Part shown: positions 22,553-33,517 of the stretch, piece after piece
Layout: each line of letters starts with the position of its first letter
How positions within the stretch are numbered: position 1 is the stretch's first letter
DNA from: Lepidodermella squamata
Lineage: Eukaryota > Animalia > Gastrotricha
Length of the DNA stretch: 64,000 bases
Assembly: GCA_047495785.1 (NCBI GenBank)
Contig: JBLDXI010000013.1
Location: 3,162,001 to 3,226,000, forward strand
Direction: 5' to 3'
Program-made: the position numbers and the translations under genes
The notes under the pieces: model-generated
The model's database searches: none
What the model saw: only the letters and a program-made list of their open reading frames with translations
Told to the model about the DNA's origin: nothing

Positions 22553-25414
22553 ATGAAGCCGACTTCGATTGGATATGTTATCCTATTCATCTCGCTTTTT
22601 TCAACAACTCTGGCCAGAAAGCCTAACTTGGTCAGCATCTCCAAACTGCTAAATGTCAAAGTTCTACATAAAAACAATACCTTTGAAAGGCCAACGATCG
22701 AGCAGTTGTTGGGCTTATCGTCGAATCATAACCTGACGCTATTCCGGGACGAAAAGCTGCCAGATGGCCGCCGCATACTTACCTTTACTATCGTCATTGG
22801 CGGTTATAGATTGGCCAGTGATCCTTTGATTTTCACGGAAGATGAGACTGAAGCCATAACATATGCATTGAGTGGTCAAATATTCGACGACATTCCACGA
22901 TATGACGAGCTTGCCAAACAGATAATCAAACACTCCGAAAGGATAAGCAATGTAACTAGTTACAACGCTTGCATAGCAGCCATTGGTGAGCAATACAACT
23001 TCACTGAGGTATAAACTCGACAGTCTTTTAGCAGATAGCCATACATGGTAAAATAACACAGTTATATGATGCTGAGCTCTGGAGTTATGGCACCGACCGG
23101 TATTTGTGGTATGATTCTGAAGAAGAATTCATGACGATGTACGAGGCCATCTTTGTCAACAGCAATCTGGATGAAGCGCTGAGATACTGTTTGATTGTTA
23201 CAATTGCTTGTTTTTCTGAATTTTCTTTGAATTTCCACAGCTTGCATGTTTGACATACTCAACGAAACTATGATAGCTGTAGCTCCAACATCGAGCTTCG
23301 CCGTTGAAGCTTCAGGAGGCAACAGAAAAATTGGCAAGCGGAAAGTGAATCTCGAACTCACCGAGAGACTCACGGAATTAGATGAGTGCATAGTTGAACA
23401 CTCTAAAGGATTATTCAGCATTTACGACATGGAGGGAAGCACTTCAAGCATTAACGCCAAGCAGCTGACCTATCCATGTGGCACTCTCATAGAAAACGAA
23501 GTATTCTTAAGACCGATCATACTTTTAGCACTTGGAAGTTCCACTTATAGGTGAATGGAGGTTACGGTGTTGCAGCAGACTGCATAGACTACGCTATTCA
23601 AACTCAGAAATGTCTCGCGAAGCATGGTAAGAAACTCACTAAATGTTTATACTTAGCTTGAATACTGATTCTGCAGTGATGTTCCACGAATTTGGTTTCG
23701 TCACAAACGGTAAACCGCTACGGATTCACATCAATTACGGGGATATGAGGGCTGCGGCATTCTGGAACGAGAACGGCTTATTTTTTGGTGAGAAACTGAG
23801 CCTAATCAACACTTGGTGATAATTTCTATCAACCCCAATAATCCCACTGCTAAATTCCCCCGGCGCGTAGGAAAGGTAGCTTTTAAACAAGTTTACGAAG
23901 TACAAAGAACAAAGGACACTCACCATATATTGGGCAGCGGGCTGCTCTCAGTGAGAACCCTGAGTATAGACGCTAGGGAATTTTATTTTAAGAGTTGTTT
24001 TGGTGGTGAACCCGCCACAAAGTAACCGTTTCCCATCAGCGCGCGGCTGAAAAGACTGCATACAATTGCGGAGGCATATTATAGCACGCTTCTAGGCTAA
24101 ACTGCGCAACACGGTGACATTTCCAAGTGAGATTTTGAGTTGTGATTTTATAAAAGGCAATGGCGATGCATCGCACGAATACCCGTCATGCTCAAGTATC
24201 GATTCCGTGTCACACGAAATCGGCCACGCGTTGACAGCCCGATTTTCCGGACTCATCTACTCGGGTGAAATGGGTTGCATGAATGAAGGTAACATTCAAG
24301 CCTTTGTCCCACGGTTAGCAGAGACGAAATCTTCATGTAACTAGCTTTCAGCGACATGACCGCAATGATGGTTCGCGCATGCGTTCGGGATACAACCGAC
24401 TGGCTATTTGACATTGATGCGCAAAAGGTTCGTGATGCTGCGAGCCGCTATCTGATTCGCAATCTTAAAAAGCCTACTTCGGACACCCAGCAAATTAAAA
24501 AATACAGCGAGTACAGACCCAACATGGACGTTCACGTCTGCAGCGGGATTTACAACCACGCGTTCTATTTGCTGTCTCAAACGCCACGCTGGGATATTTA
24601 CAAGGCCTACAAATTGTTCTATGGTGCAAATAGATTTTACTGGACTGTATTCGACAAAATGGCAGACGGTCTCTGCGGAATTCTCCAGTACGCAACCGGC
24701 AGCTTGAAAATGCCACTTAGAGAAGTCAAGGATATCACGGAAGCTTTCCGAAGAGTCGGAATTGTTACCGACGACAAGTGCGAATTGCCGGACGAGAACG
24801 TGACGAATTCGTTCATGGCCGTACCACTAACGAATTGCGTATCTCAGAGGAATCTTGCCGGACAAAGCGATGACGAGTTTTTTATTTTTACATATGAAGT
24901 GAAACAAAGACCTGGGAAACCGGTGCCTTCGAAACTAATAATTTCGCTATCAATACCTTCAACCAAAATAGATAACGGCGATGATGACGATGATGATGAC
25001 GTTGACGATGAGGAAGATGACGCTGAAGGCGATGAGAATGAAGATGACGATGATGACGATGGTGATGATGACGACGAGGATGATGATGACGATGAAGATG
25101 ACGATGATTCAGATGATTATGATTTGGATGTCGAAGATGAAGAGGACGATGACGAGGATGAGAATGATGCATCACATCTGATGGAAGTTGATCTACTCAT
25201 ATTTTATGGCTTGGAAGACGCTTTTACGAATGGCACTAGTACCAAAGCCGCAACTCTGATAGGTCAGACTGAATCTATACAGCTCGTCATTGAATGCCCT
25301 CCTATTGGTACTTACCAGTTCTTACTCATATCTCCGTCAGGTTCTTTTGGCGACGTTTCATTGAATGCGTGTTCCTTTACTTCAGATTCGGATGTTTGCC
25401 CGTTGAAGACTTGA
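22553..25414 (+). CDS. M4 thermolysin-family (vibriolysin/elastase-like) zinc metalloprotease with propeptide, PPC-like C-terminus and poly-Asp insert; about 7 exons
   Basis: Signal peptide; GGNRKIG, VNGGYG, AAAFW, HEIGH, spliced NEAFSD, DVHVCSGIYNHAFYLL, ANRFYWT. Confidence 0.9.
23799..24098. mobile_element. 300-bp non-autonomous DNA element in an intron of the M4 gene
   Basis: Termini AGCCTA...TAGGCT flanked by 6-bp direct repeat AAACTG; removal shrinks the 369-bp intron to 63 bp, the typical size. Confidence 0.75.
24979..25170 (+). repeat. Coding (GAT/GAC/GAA)n poly-Asp/Glu tract
   Basis: About 60 codons almost all D/E in the M4 frame. Confidence 0.95.
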
Positions 25415-26022
25415 AAAACTTCATTAACCTCATATATATCCCATAGGTAATCTTATGCATTTTCGTATATTAATTATCAAATGGAAAGAAATAAATTTAG
25501 AAATAAAACCCCTCACACATGAGACTTAATCATTTGGGGCAATTTCATCGAAATATCACGCTGATTTTCTTTCCCTATTGACACGCGCTATTTCAATAGA
25601 GAAAAATAGGGAAATGGGGAAAGAAGCCGCTCTCAAATAAAAGGTTCATTAGCATGATGAGATCTATGTGCCTCGAAATTTATTCTGTTAGGTCACGGGT
25701 CTTCATGTAAAATGGATTTTGATGACAATTTAGTGCAGCTTGGCGACATTCCCAAAAAATAGGTCCTAGCTCATCACCACGCTGACGAGACACTGATTCA
25801 TACGATTCGCCAGCGCGGATGCCATTTAGACACCCTGGGGTTGTAGTCACCCTACAGAATTGTTTAAATATAGGCGGATCGAAGAAGCTTTCGAGTTTCA
25901 GGTCGTATCAATGTTCTGCCCCAAGTTACGTGGAGGCAAAACACTATTATGAACTTGCGAGGAAACATTTTGAACTCAGGAATCTGCTAAAAATGCAAAT
26001 GCAAATGCATTCTTTTTAATTA

Positions 26023-26184
26023 CAGTGAAATCTCCAAAATTTAGACACCTTCCGTAGAGGCCTAAAACCGTATAATATTGGAGCTGTCTAAGATACAGAA
26101 AGTCCGAACAACAGTTGTCTTAGCGGTTCGTCGCCGATACAAAGTGTCTAATTTATAGACATCCAATTTATGGAGATTTCAGTG
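26023..26184. mobile_element. Tc1/mariner-pogo-type MITE
   Basis: TIRs CAGTGAAATCTCCA / TGGAGATTTCAGTG flanked by TA on both sides. Confidence 0.75.
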
Positions 26185-26382
26185 TATATCAAAACTTGTG
26201 CGTAAAATAAAAAATTATGATTCATACCAAGTGTCATATTTTATTCGTTTTGTTGTCGGTATTATCATGTCTTCATTTCAGTTATCAGATAAAAAATGAG
26301 ATTCATCAGTAGGATCATTGGATAAAATCATCAAGTAGCAAGTCAACAAGTCAACTTTTGTTCTTTAGTGTTAAACCGTTTT

Positions 26383-28743
26383 TCAGAAGATGACACCAGC
26401 ATTCGGGGCCTCGCCGATGTAGCCAGGGCCGCCAATGTAACCCGGAGCGCCGACGCCTCCGACGAAGGGAGCACCAACGCCGTAACCGGCAGGGGCGCCG
26501 ATGAAGGCTCCGCCCTGGGTGCTGTCGATGACCTGGCGCCGTTGGTGGTGGGCGAAAGCGTCTTCCTCAGCTTCGATCTCGCGACGGTGGCGCTCGTCGA
26601 TAGCGCGGCGTTTGCGTTGAGCCTCCTCGTGAGCATGGGCCTGGGCGGCGTACTCCTCGTCGATTTCGCGGCGTTCACGCTCAGCAGCAACATGGGCATG
26701 AGCGGCTTCGTCGATTTCGCGGCGTTCACGCTCAGCAGCAGCGTGGGCATGAGCGGCTTCGTCGATTTCGCGGCGTTCACGTTGGGCGCTGTGGTCCTTG
26801 TTGTTGATCGAGCGACGCTTGCGGCCGTAGACACCACCCGGGTAGAAACCGCCGGGGTAGCCACCGTAGCCGTAGCCGCCGTAGCCACCGTAGCCGGGGT
26901 AACCGAAACCAGGATAACCTTGACCCCAGGCACCTAAGGAGAATAATTTCACAAATTTAGAAAATAATCACGCCGACAGAGAATTCAACATCTTTTATAA
27001 ATTAAAATTTCAAATTTCAAGATTTAATATTGTGAAGATTTTAAATTTCAAAAATTCCAATATTCAAATTTCAAATTTTTTAGATTTTAAATTTGCAATT
27101 AAAATTGATAATTACCAGGGAACAGCGATCGCTCTTCGTGATCAACGTGGTCAGCTTCATCGACTTCACGGCGCTTGATGGTGGCCTGGTTGTTGCGTTC
27201 ATGTTCCGGGGTCAGAACCGATCGCTTCTTCAGAGCAGACTTCTTGTGGGCCGGAATGGCACGACGTTGGCGGAGAGAAGCCGGGTGTTGGGCAGCAGCA
27301 GAGGCTTTGCTGATGGCACGACGTTCGCGCTGAGCCAAAGGCGACGAAACTTCCTCATCGATTTCGCGGCGTTGGCGGAAAGCAGCCGAGTGTTGGGCGG
27401 CCTTCAGAGAACGGCGTTGGCGCTGAGCGAACGGAGCAGAAGCGTCCTCAACATCGACCTCACGGCGTTGAAGCTTAGCATATTGCTCAAGGACAGTTTC
27501 GTCGTCGTCATCGATCTCGCGGCGTTCACGCTGAGCAGCGGCTTCGTGGTCGATCTCGCGGCGTTGGCGCAGGGTTTCCGGATGGTGAACTTCGCGAGGG
27601 TTAGCAGCACGGCGAGCGAACTCATGGTGAGCAGCCTCTTCGATCTCACGGCGTTCGCGTTGATGGTCAAACTCAACTTCATAATCGACCTCGCGGCGGT
27701 GGTTGTCAGCAGGGTGTTCGTAGTCCTCAACCTCGCGACGTTGGTGCTCCTTGTTAGCGAGTTCGCGGCGTTTGCGCAGAATGACACCAGGGTAACCAGC
27801 GCCATAGAAACCACCGATCGGGTAGCCGCCGAAGCCACCGAAAGCGCCAGGGAAGCCATAGCCGTAGCCGCCGTAGCCGAATCCGCCATAGCCAAAAGCG
27901 CCGGGCAGGAGGATGGAACGCTTCTTCTGTTCGTGATGCTTGTGCTCGTCGTCATCTTCATGAACCAGCTGGTCGAGATCACGGGCATGGCGAGCGACAG
28001 AGACCGAGCGGCGCTTCTTCTGGGCCTTCTTGTGGTCCTCATCCAGAGCACGGCGTTTGCGTTGGGCGGCGAGTTCGCGACGTTTGCGCAGAATGACGCC
28101 TGGGTAGGCGGCGCCGTAGATTCCACCGACTGGGTAGCCGAAGCCGTAAGGGGCGTACGGGAAGCCGTAACCGACACCTGGCAGCAGAATCGAACGCTTC
28201 TTCTTGTGAGATTCGTCGTGATGGTGGGCGGCGTCTTCGTCGATTTCGCGACGGTGGCGTTGTTCCTGTTCATGGGCGGCGTCCTCTTCCTCGTCGGCGA
28301 GTTCGCGACGCTTGCGTAGAGCTTGAACGGCAGCTTCGGCCTCAGCCTCGCGGCGTTCTCGACTCGAGTGGGCCGACAACTCGTGATCAGCGTCCTCGTC
28401 GAGGTTCAATTCGCGGCGTTTTCGGCTCATGCCGTGCTGATCGTCATCCTCGGATTCTTCGGGGACCAATTCGCGACGTTTCCGGAGAATTGCGCTTGGG
28501 AAGCCAGCACCGTAGAAACCAGGGTAGCCGAATCCACCGAAGTGGCCAATGCCAGGATAGCCATAACCAATACCGCCGTAGCCGTAACCAAGAGCGCCTA
28601 GAAAATGATGAAATATTTCGAAAATTAAGGCGGATTGTTTCAATTATACCAGGGACAAGAATTTGACGCTTTTGCTTGTCGGATTTTTCAGCCTCGCAGA
28701 ACGAAGCAACAACGAGCAGTGTTGCTAGGATAGCAAACTTCAT
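26383..28743 (-). CDS. Secreted 708-aa polyprotein precursor with >30 di/multibasic cleavage sites, Gly/Tyr/Pro-rich and acidic His-rich peptides; 3 exons
   Basis: Exons 28743-28650, 28597-27116, 26933-26383 total 2127 nt in frame; signal peptide MKFAILATLLVVASFCEA; repeated RKRR/RERR/RQRR/KKR. Confidence 0.88.
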
Positions 28744-29072
28744 TTTCCTCGGAAAAAACGGTAAAACAGTAAAACAAAGTGTAAAAACTACTAATGTGTT
28801 TAGTTGAAAAGTGATTGATGTTTTAGCAGCTGCTCAGGCAGGGTTTTTAAAGGCGCTATCGTGCGTTGTTACGCAAATTCATGGCACGTGTGTTGGCGCC
28901 AAAAAGTTCACACGCGACCTGAAAAGGTCAAACAAAACCTGTGCACCTATTATTAGAAATCGATAAAAAAAATATTCACATTCAACTACTTTATTCGATT
29001 TTCAGCATTTAGAATTTAATTTCAAGTCAATTTTCGAAATGTTTAGCTTATTATTCGAGGTATTTTAACCAA

Positions 29073-30675
29073 TTAATGGCCATGAGGCAGGAGTGAGTCC
29101 ATATCAGCAACAACATAAGCCAGGGTGGTCCAAACCGTGGCGCATAGATCCAAGTTGGTGCTGTTTTGCATGGTCATTGTATCAGCTTCAGTGTGATGGT
29201 ACCAAAAGTACTTGTCAGTTGTTCCAAGGGTGTAGAGTTCAATGCCTGGAACGCCATTATTTGTCACGAATTGACCCGGATCGCCGGGGACCTGGCCATC
29301 AACCGACAGTAGGCTGGCATTTATCGGCTTTAGAAGGTCCATGACTTGTTGCATGATCACTTGAGATGCCGAGTTACCTTAGCGAAACAAATAATTAAAA
29401 TTTATGAAAAGAAATGAAAAGAAATGAAAAGAAATGAATTTGTACCTGCATAATGAACACCCAGTGGAGCGAATGTCCCAGAATCAGATTCCATCACGAG
29501 GCTGAGAGCCGGTGACTCGTTCTAATTAATAAATAATTAATTAATAATTGTTTTTTAAATTTCAAAAAAGTAAGTATTCCATTCCTAATAAATTTGCTTA
29601 ATTAATATTTTTACCTGATGAGCGGCGTAATAAGCCTGAGCTCCAATATAGCCAAACTCCTCAGCCGCCCAGAAAACCGCTCGAACAGTTCGTTTCGGCT
29701 TCAAGTTGAGCTCAGAAAGGGTGACTAAAGATTGCCACGTGATCGCAACACCACCACCGTCATCCATGGCACCCTGGCCAACATCCCAAGAATCGAAATG
29801 GCCGCCGAACAAAACCGTCTCATTCGGTAGAGTTGAACCCGGCCATTCCGCAACAATGTTGAAACTTGTCACATCACCATCGTAACGCGTATTGACGACT
29901 AAATTCATTTGTAATTCAGCGTTATTGATATGCTGTAGCCGCCATAGCAGCTCGGCATCTTCGACAGTAATACTCGCACTTGGAATATCAGGCACTCCAT
30001 CAACTGGCGGGTTCTTACCACCAGTGTGAAGGGTGTAGAGTGACTGAGGGGTGACACTTCGAACTAGGCAAGCAACGGCGCCTTTTTTCGCAGCGGCAAT
30101 ACCGCCATTCCCGCGATAATCGACAGAAGTCCCGTACCCCTGCCACGGTTGATTGAACACGACGATTTTGCCCTTGACCTGGTCATCGGGCAGGGCGTTT
30201 AACTCGTCGAATGACTGGACTACGATGACATTAGCTGTGATTCCACCGGGAGGGGTGGCTGTGCTGTTCCCGAGAGCGAGAATGGCAATGTTCTTATAAC
30301 GCGGCTGAAGTAGGGTGCCCTGACCCGGCGGGTCGAGGCGGTGCCAGTTCGGAATCCCAGGTACAGGTTCGAAATGAACTTTCATTCCCGCCGCGGTCAG
30401 CTTACCCGCGATCCAGGTTGCCGCCCTTTCGTAGCTAACGTCAATTGCGAATCGGTTGCCGTACGTATCGGTCAGTTGTTGTAGCCGATTGAAGGTCGCA
30501 TTTTTACCCGGACCGTTCAGGTAATAATTTCGAATCTGATCCGAAACATCTGAAAATATTGTCAAAATTGATAAAAAAAATCGATTTCTCTTGGCAAACC
30601 TTTGTATTTTGCAGTTATGTTAACCGCGGCAGCGTGACAGCTGAATGCTGCCAAAATTAGGAGTACCAACTTCAT
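29073..30675 (-). CDS. CPQ: Carboxypeptidase Q (M28) paralog 2, 4 exons
   Basis: Exons 30675-30600, 30549-29615, 29521-29446, 29377-29073 (463 aa); HFDSWDVGQGAMDDGGG, AEEFG, YHHT. Confidence 0.93.
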
Positions 30676-30996
30676 GGCTATAAAAATGATGTGTACTCTG
30701 CCAATGTGAGGAGCCTTATGAAATAGCCAGTACAAAGTTCCTTGCACCCAGCGTTACCGGCAGATAACATTCTGCCCCATATCCTGTTTTTATCACGTGA
30801 GACATCAAGCTTGCCTAGACTGGATCTTTGGTTGTTTAAATATTTTTTTTCAACGCTTTTGACCCCCTTAGCTAATATTCGGCTGAAATCCAAAAATACC
30901 GGCTAGATAACAAACGGAATTTAACCTTTTTACTCCGGTAAGAAATTCATTTTCAGGAAACATCAAAGCCAAAAAGCACTTAAAAATTGAGTAAAA

Positions 30997-32695
30997 TCAG
31001 TGTCCATGAGGCAGTAACGCGTCCAAATCGGCAACAACATAAGCCACGGTAGTCCATAGGGTTGAGCAAAGGTCCAAATTAGTGCTGTTGTGCAGCGTCA
31101 TCATGTCAGCATTTGTATGATGGTACCAAAAGTATTTATCGGCAAACCCTTGCGAATACAATTCCACCCCAGGAACGCCGTCATTTCTGACAAATTGACC
31201 CGGATCGCCGGGCGGTGAATTATCGGCGAAAAGGCGGCTAGCGTTGATAGGCTTCAGAAGATCCATAACTTGCTGCATTATTGCTTGGGCTTGAGAGTTT
31301 CCTAAAATTGTTGAGCGTACAGAAAAAATAAGGAATTATTATTGAAAATTTAAAGAAAAATGAAATTTTCCAACAACTTTCAAAAAATTGAAATTATTGA
31401 AATTTTCCAACAACTTTCAAAAAGTTGAAATTATTGAAATTTTCCAACAACTTTCAAAAAATTGTGGTCCTCCTCAATTAAAATTCTGAAATTTTAAACC
31501 AATATGAAAAAGACTATCACAATTTCAATAAGCATGCGCACCTGGAATTCTCCTTATTTTTGAAACAAAATTACAAACCTGTGAAATGAACCCCAACGGG
31601 AGTAAAAGTACCCGAGTCTGACTCCATGACCAGACTGATCGAAGATGCCTCATCTTTATGCCTTTCATAGTAAGCCCCGGCCCCGATATAGCCATATTCC
31701 TCGCCTGTCCAGAAAACCGCTCGAACAGTGCGTTTTGGCCTGATGCCAAGTTGAGCCATCGTCACTAATGACTGCCACGTAATCGCAACGCCACCTCCGT
31801 CATCCATCGCACCCTCACCCACGTCCCACGAGTCGAAATGGCCGCCGAAAATGACTTTTTCATGCGGCAAGGTCGAGCCAGTATATTCAGCAACGATGTT
31901 GTAACTCGTCGCCTCGCCGCTATACATCGTATTCACCGTTAAATGAATGAGTATGGTCTCTTTTTCGTAGGTCTGAAGCCGCCACAACATCTCGGCATCT
32001 TCAACGGTGATACTCGCCACGGGAATGTCTCGAACACCTGCAGGCGGGTACTCCTTCGCCCCGGTGTGGAGTGTATACAGAGACTGGGGGGTCACACTTC
32101 GAACTAGACAGGCGACTGCTCCTTTCTTCGAGGCAGCTATTCCGCCCGATGAGCGATATTGAACAGAAGGGCCGTAGCCCATCCAGGGCTGGTTGAAAAT
32201 GACAATTTTCCCATTTACCATGTCATCGGGTATTGCATTCAATTCATCGAAAGATTGAACCACAATTGCAGCTGCTAAAATTCCCTCCGGTGGCGTTGAA
32301 GAGCTGTTACCAAGCGCGAGAATTGGGATTGTTTTCGTCAGGTAATTAGTCATGACAACCGCTTGACCAGGTGGGTCGCCTCGGGTCCAAGCTGGCACGC
32401 CTGGCACTTCTTCAGTCCAAACTTTGTCGATGCCAGCGTCGAGAAGAGTAGCTTGAATGTAACTAGCTGCCTTGTTGAAACCGATGCTGTTAACCATTCG
32501 ATTGCCGAATGTGTCTGTTAAGGTGGCTAAATTGTTGTAGGTCGCGCCTTTACCCGGTCCAGAAAGGTAAAAATTCCGAATTTCATCAGCAACATCCCGG
32601 TATTTAGCAGTAATACTTCGTTGCAATGAAGCAAGAGTCGTTGGTAGGAAAATCAGAGAAAATATAGTGCTGAGAATGGTGAAATTATGCATCAT
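30997..32695 (-). CDS. CPQ: Carboxypeptidase Q (M28) paralog 3, 2 exons
   Basis: Exons 32695-31579 and 31301-30997 (473 aa); HFDSWDVGEGAMDDGGG, GEEYG, ESDSG, YHHT. Confidence 0.93.
31361..31464 (+). repeat. Intronic ~37-bp tandem repeat x3
   Basis: TGAAATTTTCCAACAACTTTCAAAAAATTG(AAATTAT) repeated three times. Confidence 0.85.
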
Positions 32696-33517
32696 CGATA
32701 AACATTGAGCAGAAAAATATTGAGTAATAGGTCAAAAATGAGTGCGTAATTTCGGGGCCACGTGTAACTCATGCGCCAGGCCTGATTGTCGTTATTATTA
32801 GCCGAGGTCAAGCTGTCTGCGCGGTTAGTGATAAATATAGCAATTGACCTAGTTATCTTAGATAAGGCAGGACGTTAAACGCAAGGTTAAACGTTTCCGT
32901 ACAATGTATTTAGGCGTACCCTGAAAGAAAATTTTTCAAGCTGCCAAATAGGGTACGCACCAGCGGCTTCTTTTTCTGAAAAAAATCTGAATTTTGAAAA
33001 ATAAACATAATTTTGGTTTTTTTTATTTGCGCAATCTCGATCACTTTGGTCTTTCAATTTAGTCTCGAAGTGACCAAGGTTAACTTCTAACAACTAAAAA
33101 CAATTGTTAATTAAACTACCTTTGAATGAACACCGACTTTGCATCCTTTAGATCGTTTTATTTTCAATTTCGATATTTGAATATTTAGAAGACACTAAAA
33201 CACAAAATTAGCTCTCATCAGTTTCAGCAATGCATGAGACAATAAGGCAGCAGTTGATTTTGAGAGATGAGACAAAATCTCGGCAACAGCATGCGAAACA
33301 TCAAACATCAAAGAGCAAATCAAACCGAAAATCAGCATCGTCAAAAAAGAAACAAAAGATAGAATTCTTCCAGCATTAGGAAAGAGAGGTCATCGCTCAG
33401 GTACTCATCATTTTTTCTTTAAATAATTTTTGGTGGCACAGCTCTACAAAATCGATCTCTCCCACGATAAAACCTAATAATTTTGATTGATTAGACGCTA
33501 TAATACAGTTTTACACT

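Noticed and set aside
24888-25181. Poly-His (minus) and poly-Met (plus) ORFs
   Set aside because: Alternative-frame readings of the GAT-rich poly-Asp tract.
22553-25414. Bacterial contamination as source of the M4 and dehydrogenase genes
   Set aside because: Both carry GT-AG introns and host transposons and are contiguous with animal genes.
26383-26952. Separate second peptide-precursor gene
   Set aside because: No signal peptide; begins at a splice acceptor in phase with the donor at 27115.
27093-28319. 408-aa plus-strand ORF and 189-aa ORF at 26368
   Set aside because: Antisense shadows of the codon-biased repetitive polyprotein; no independent domain or signal.
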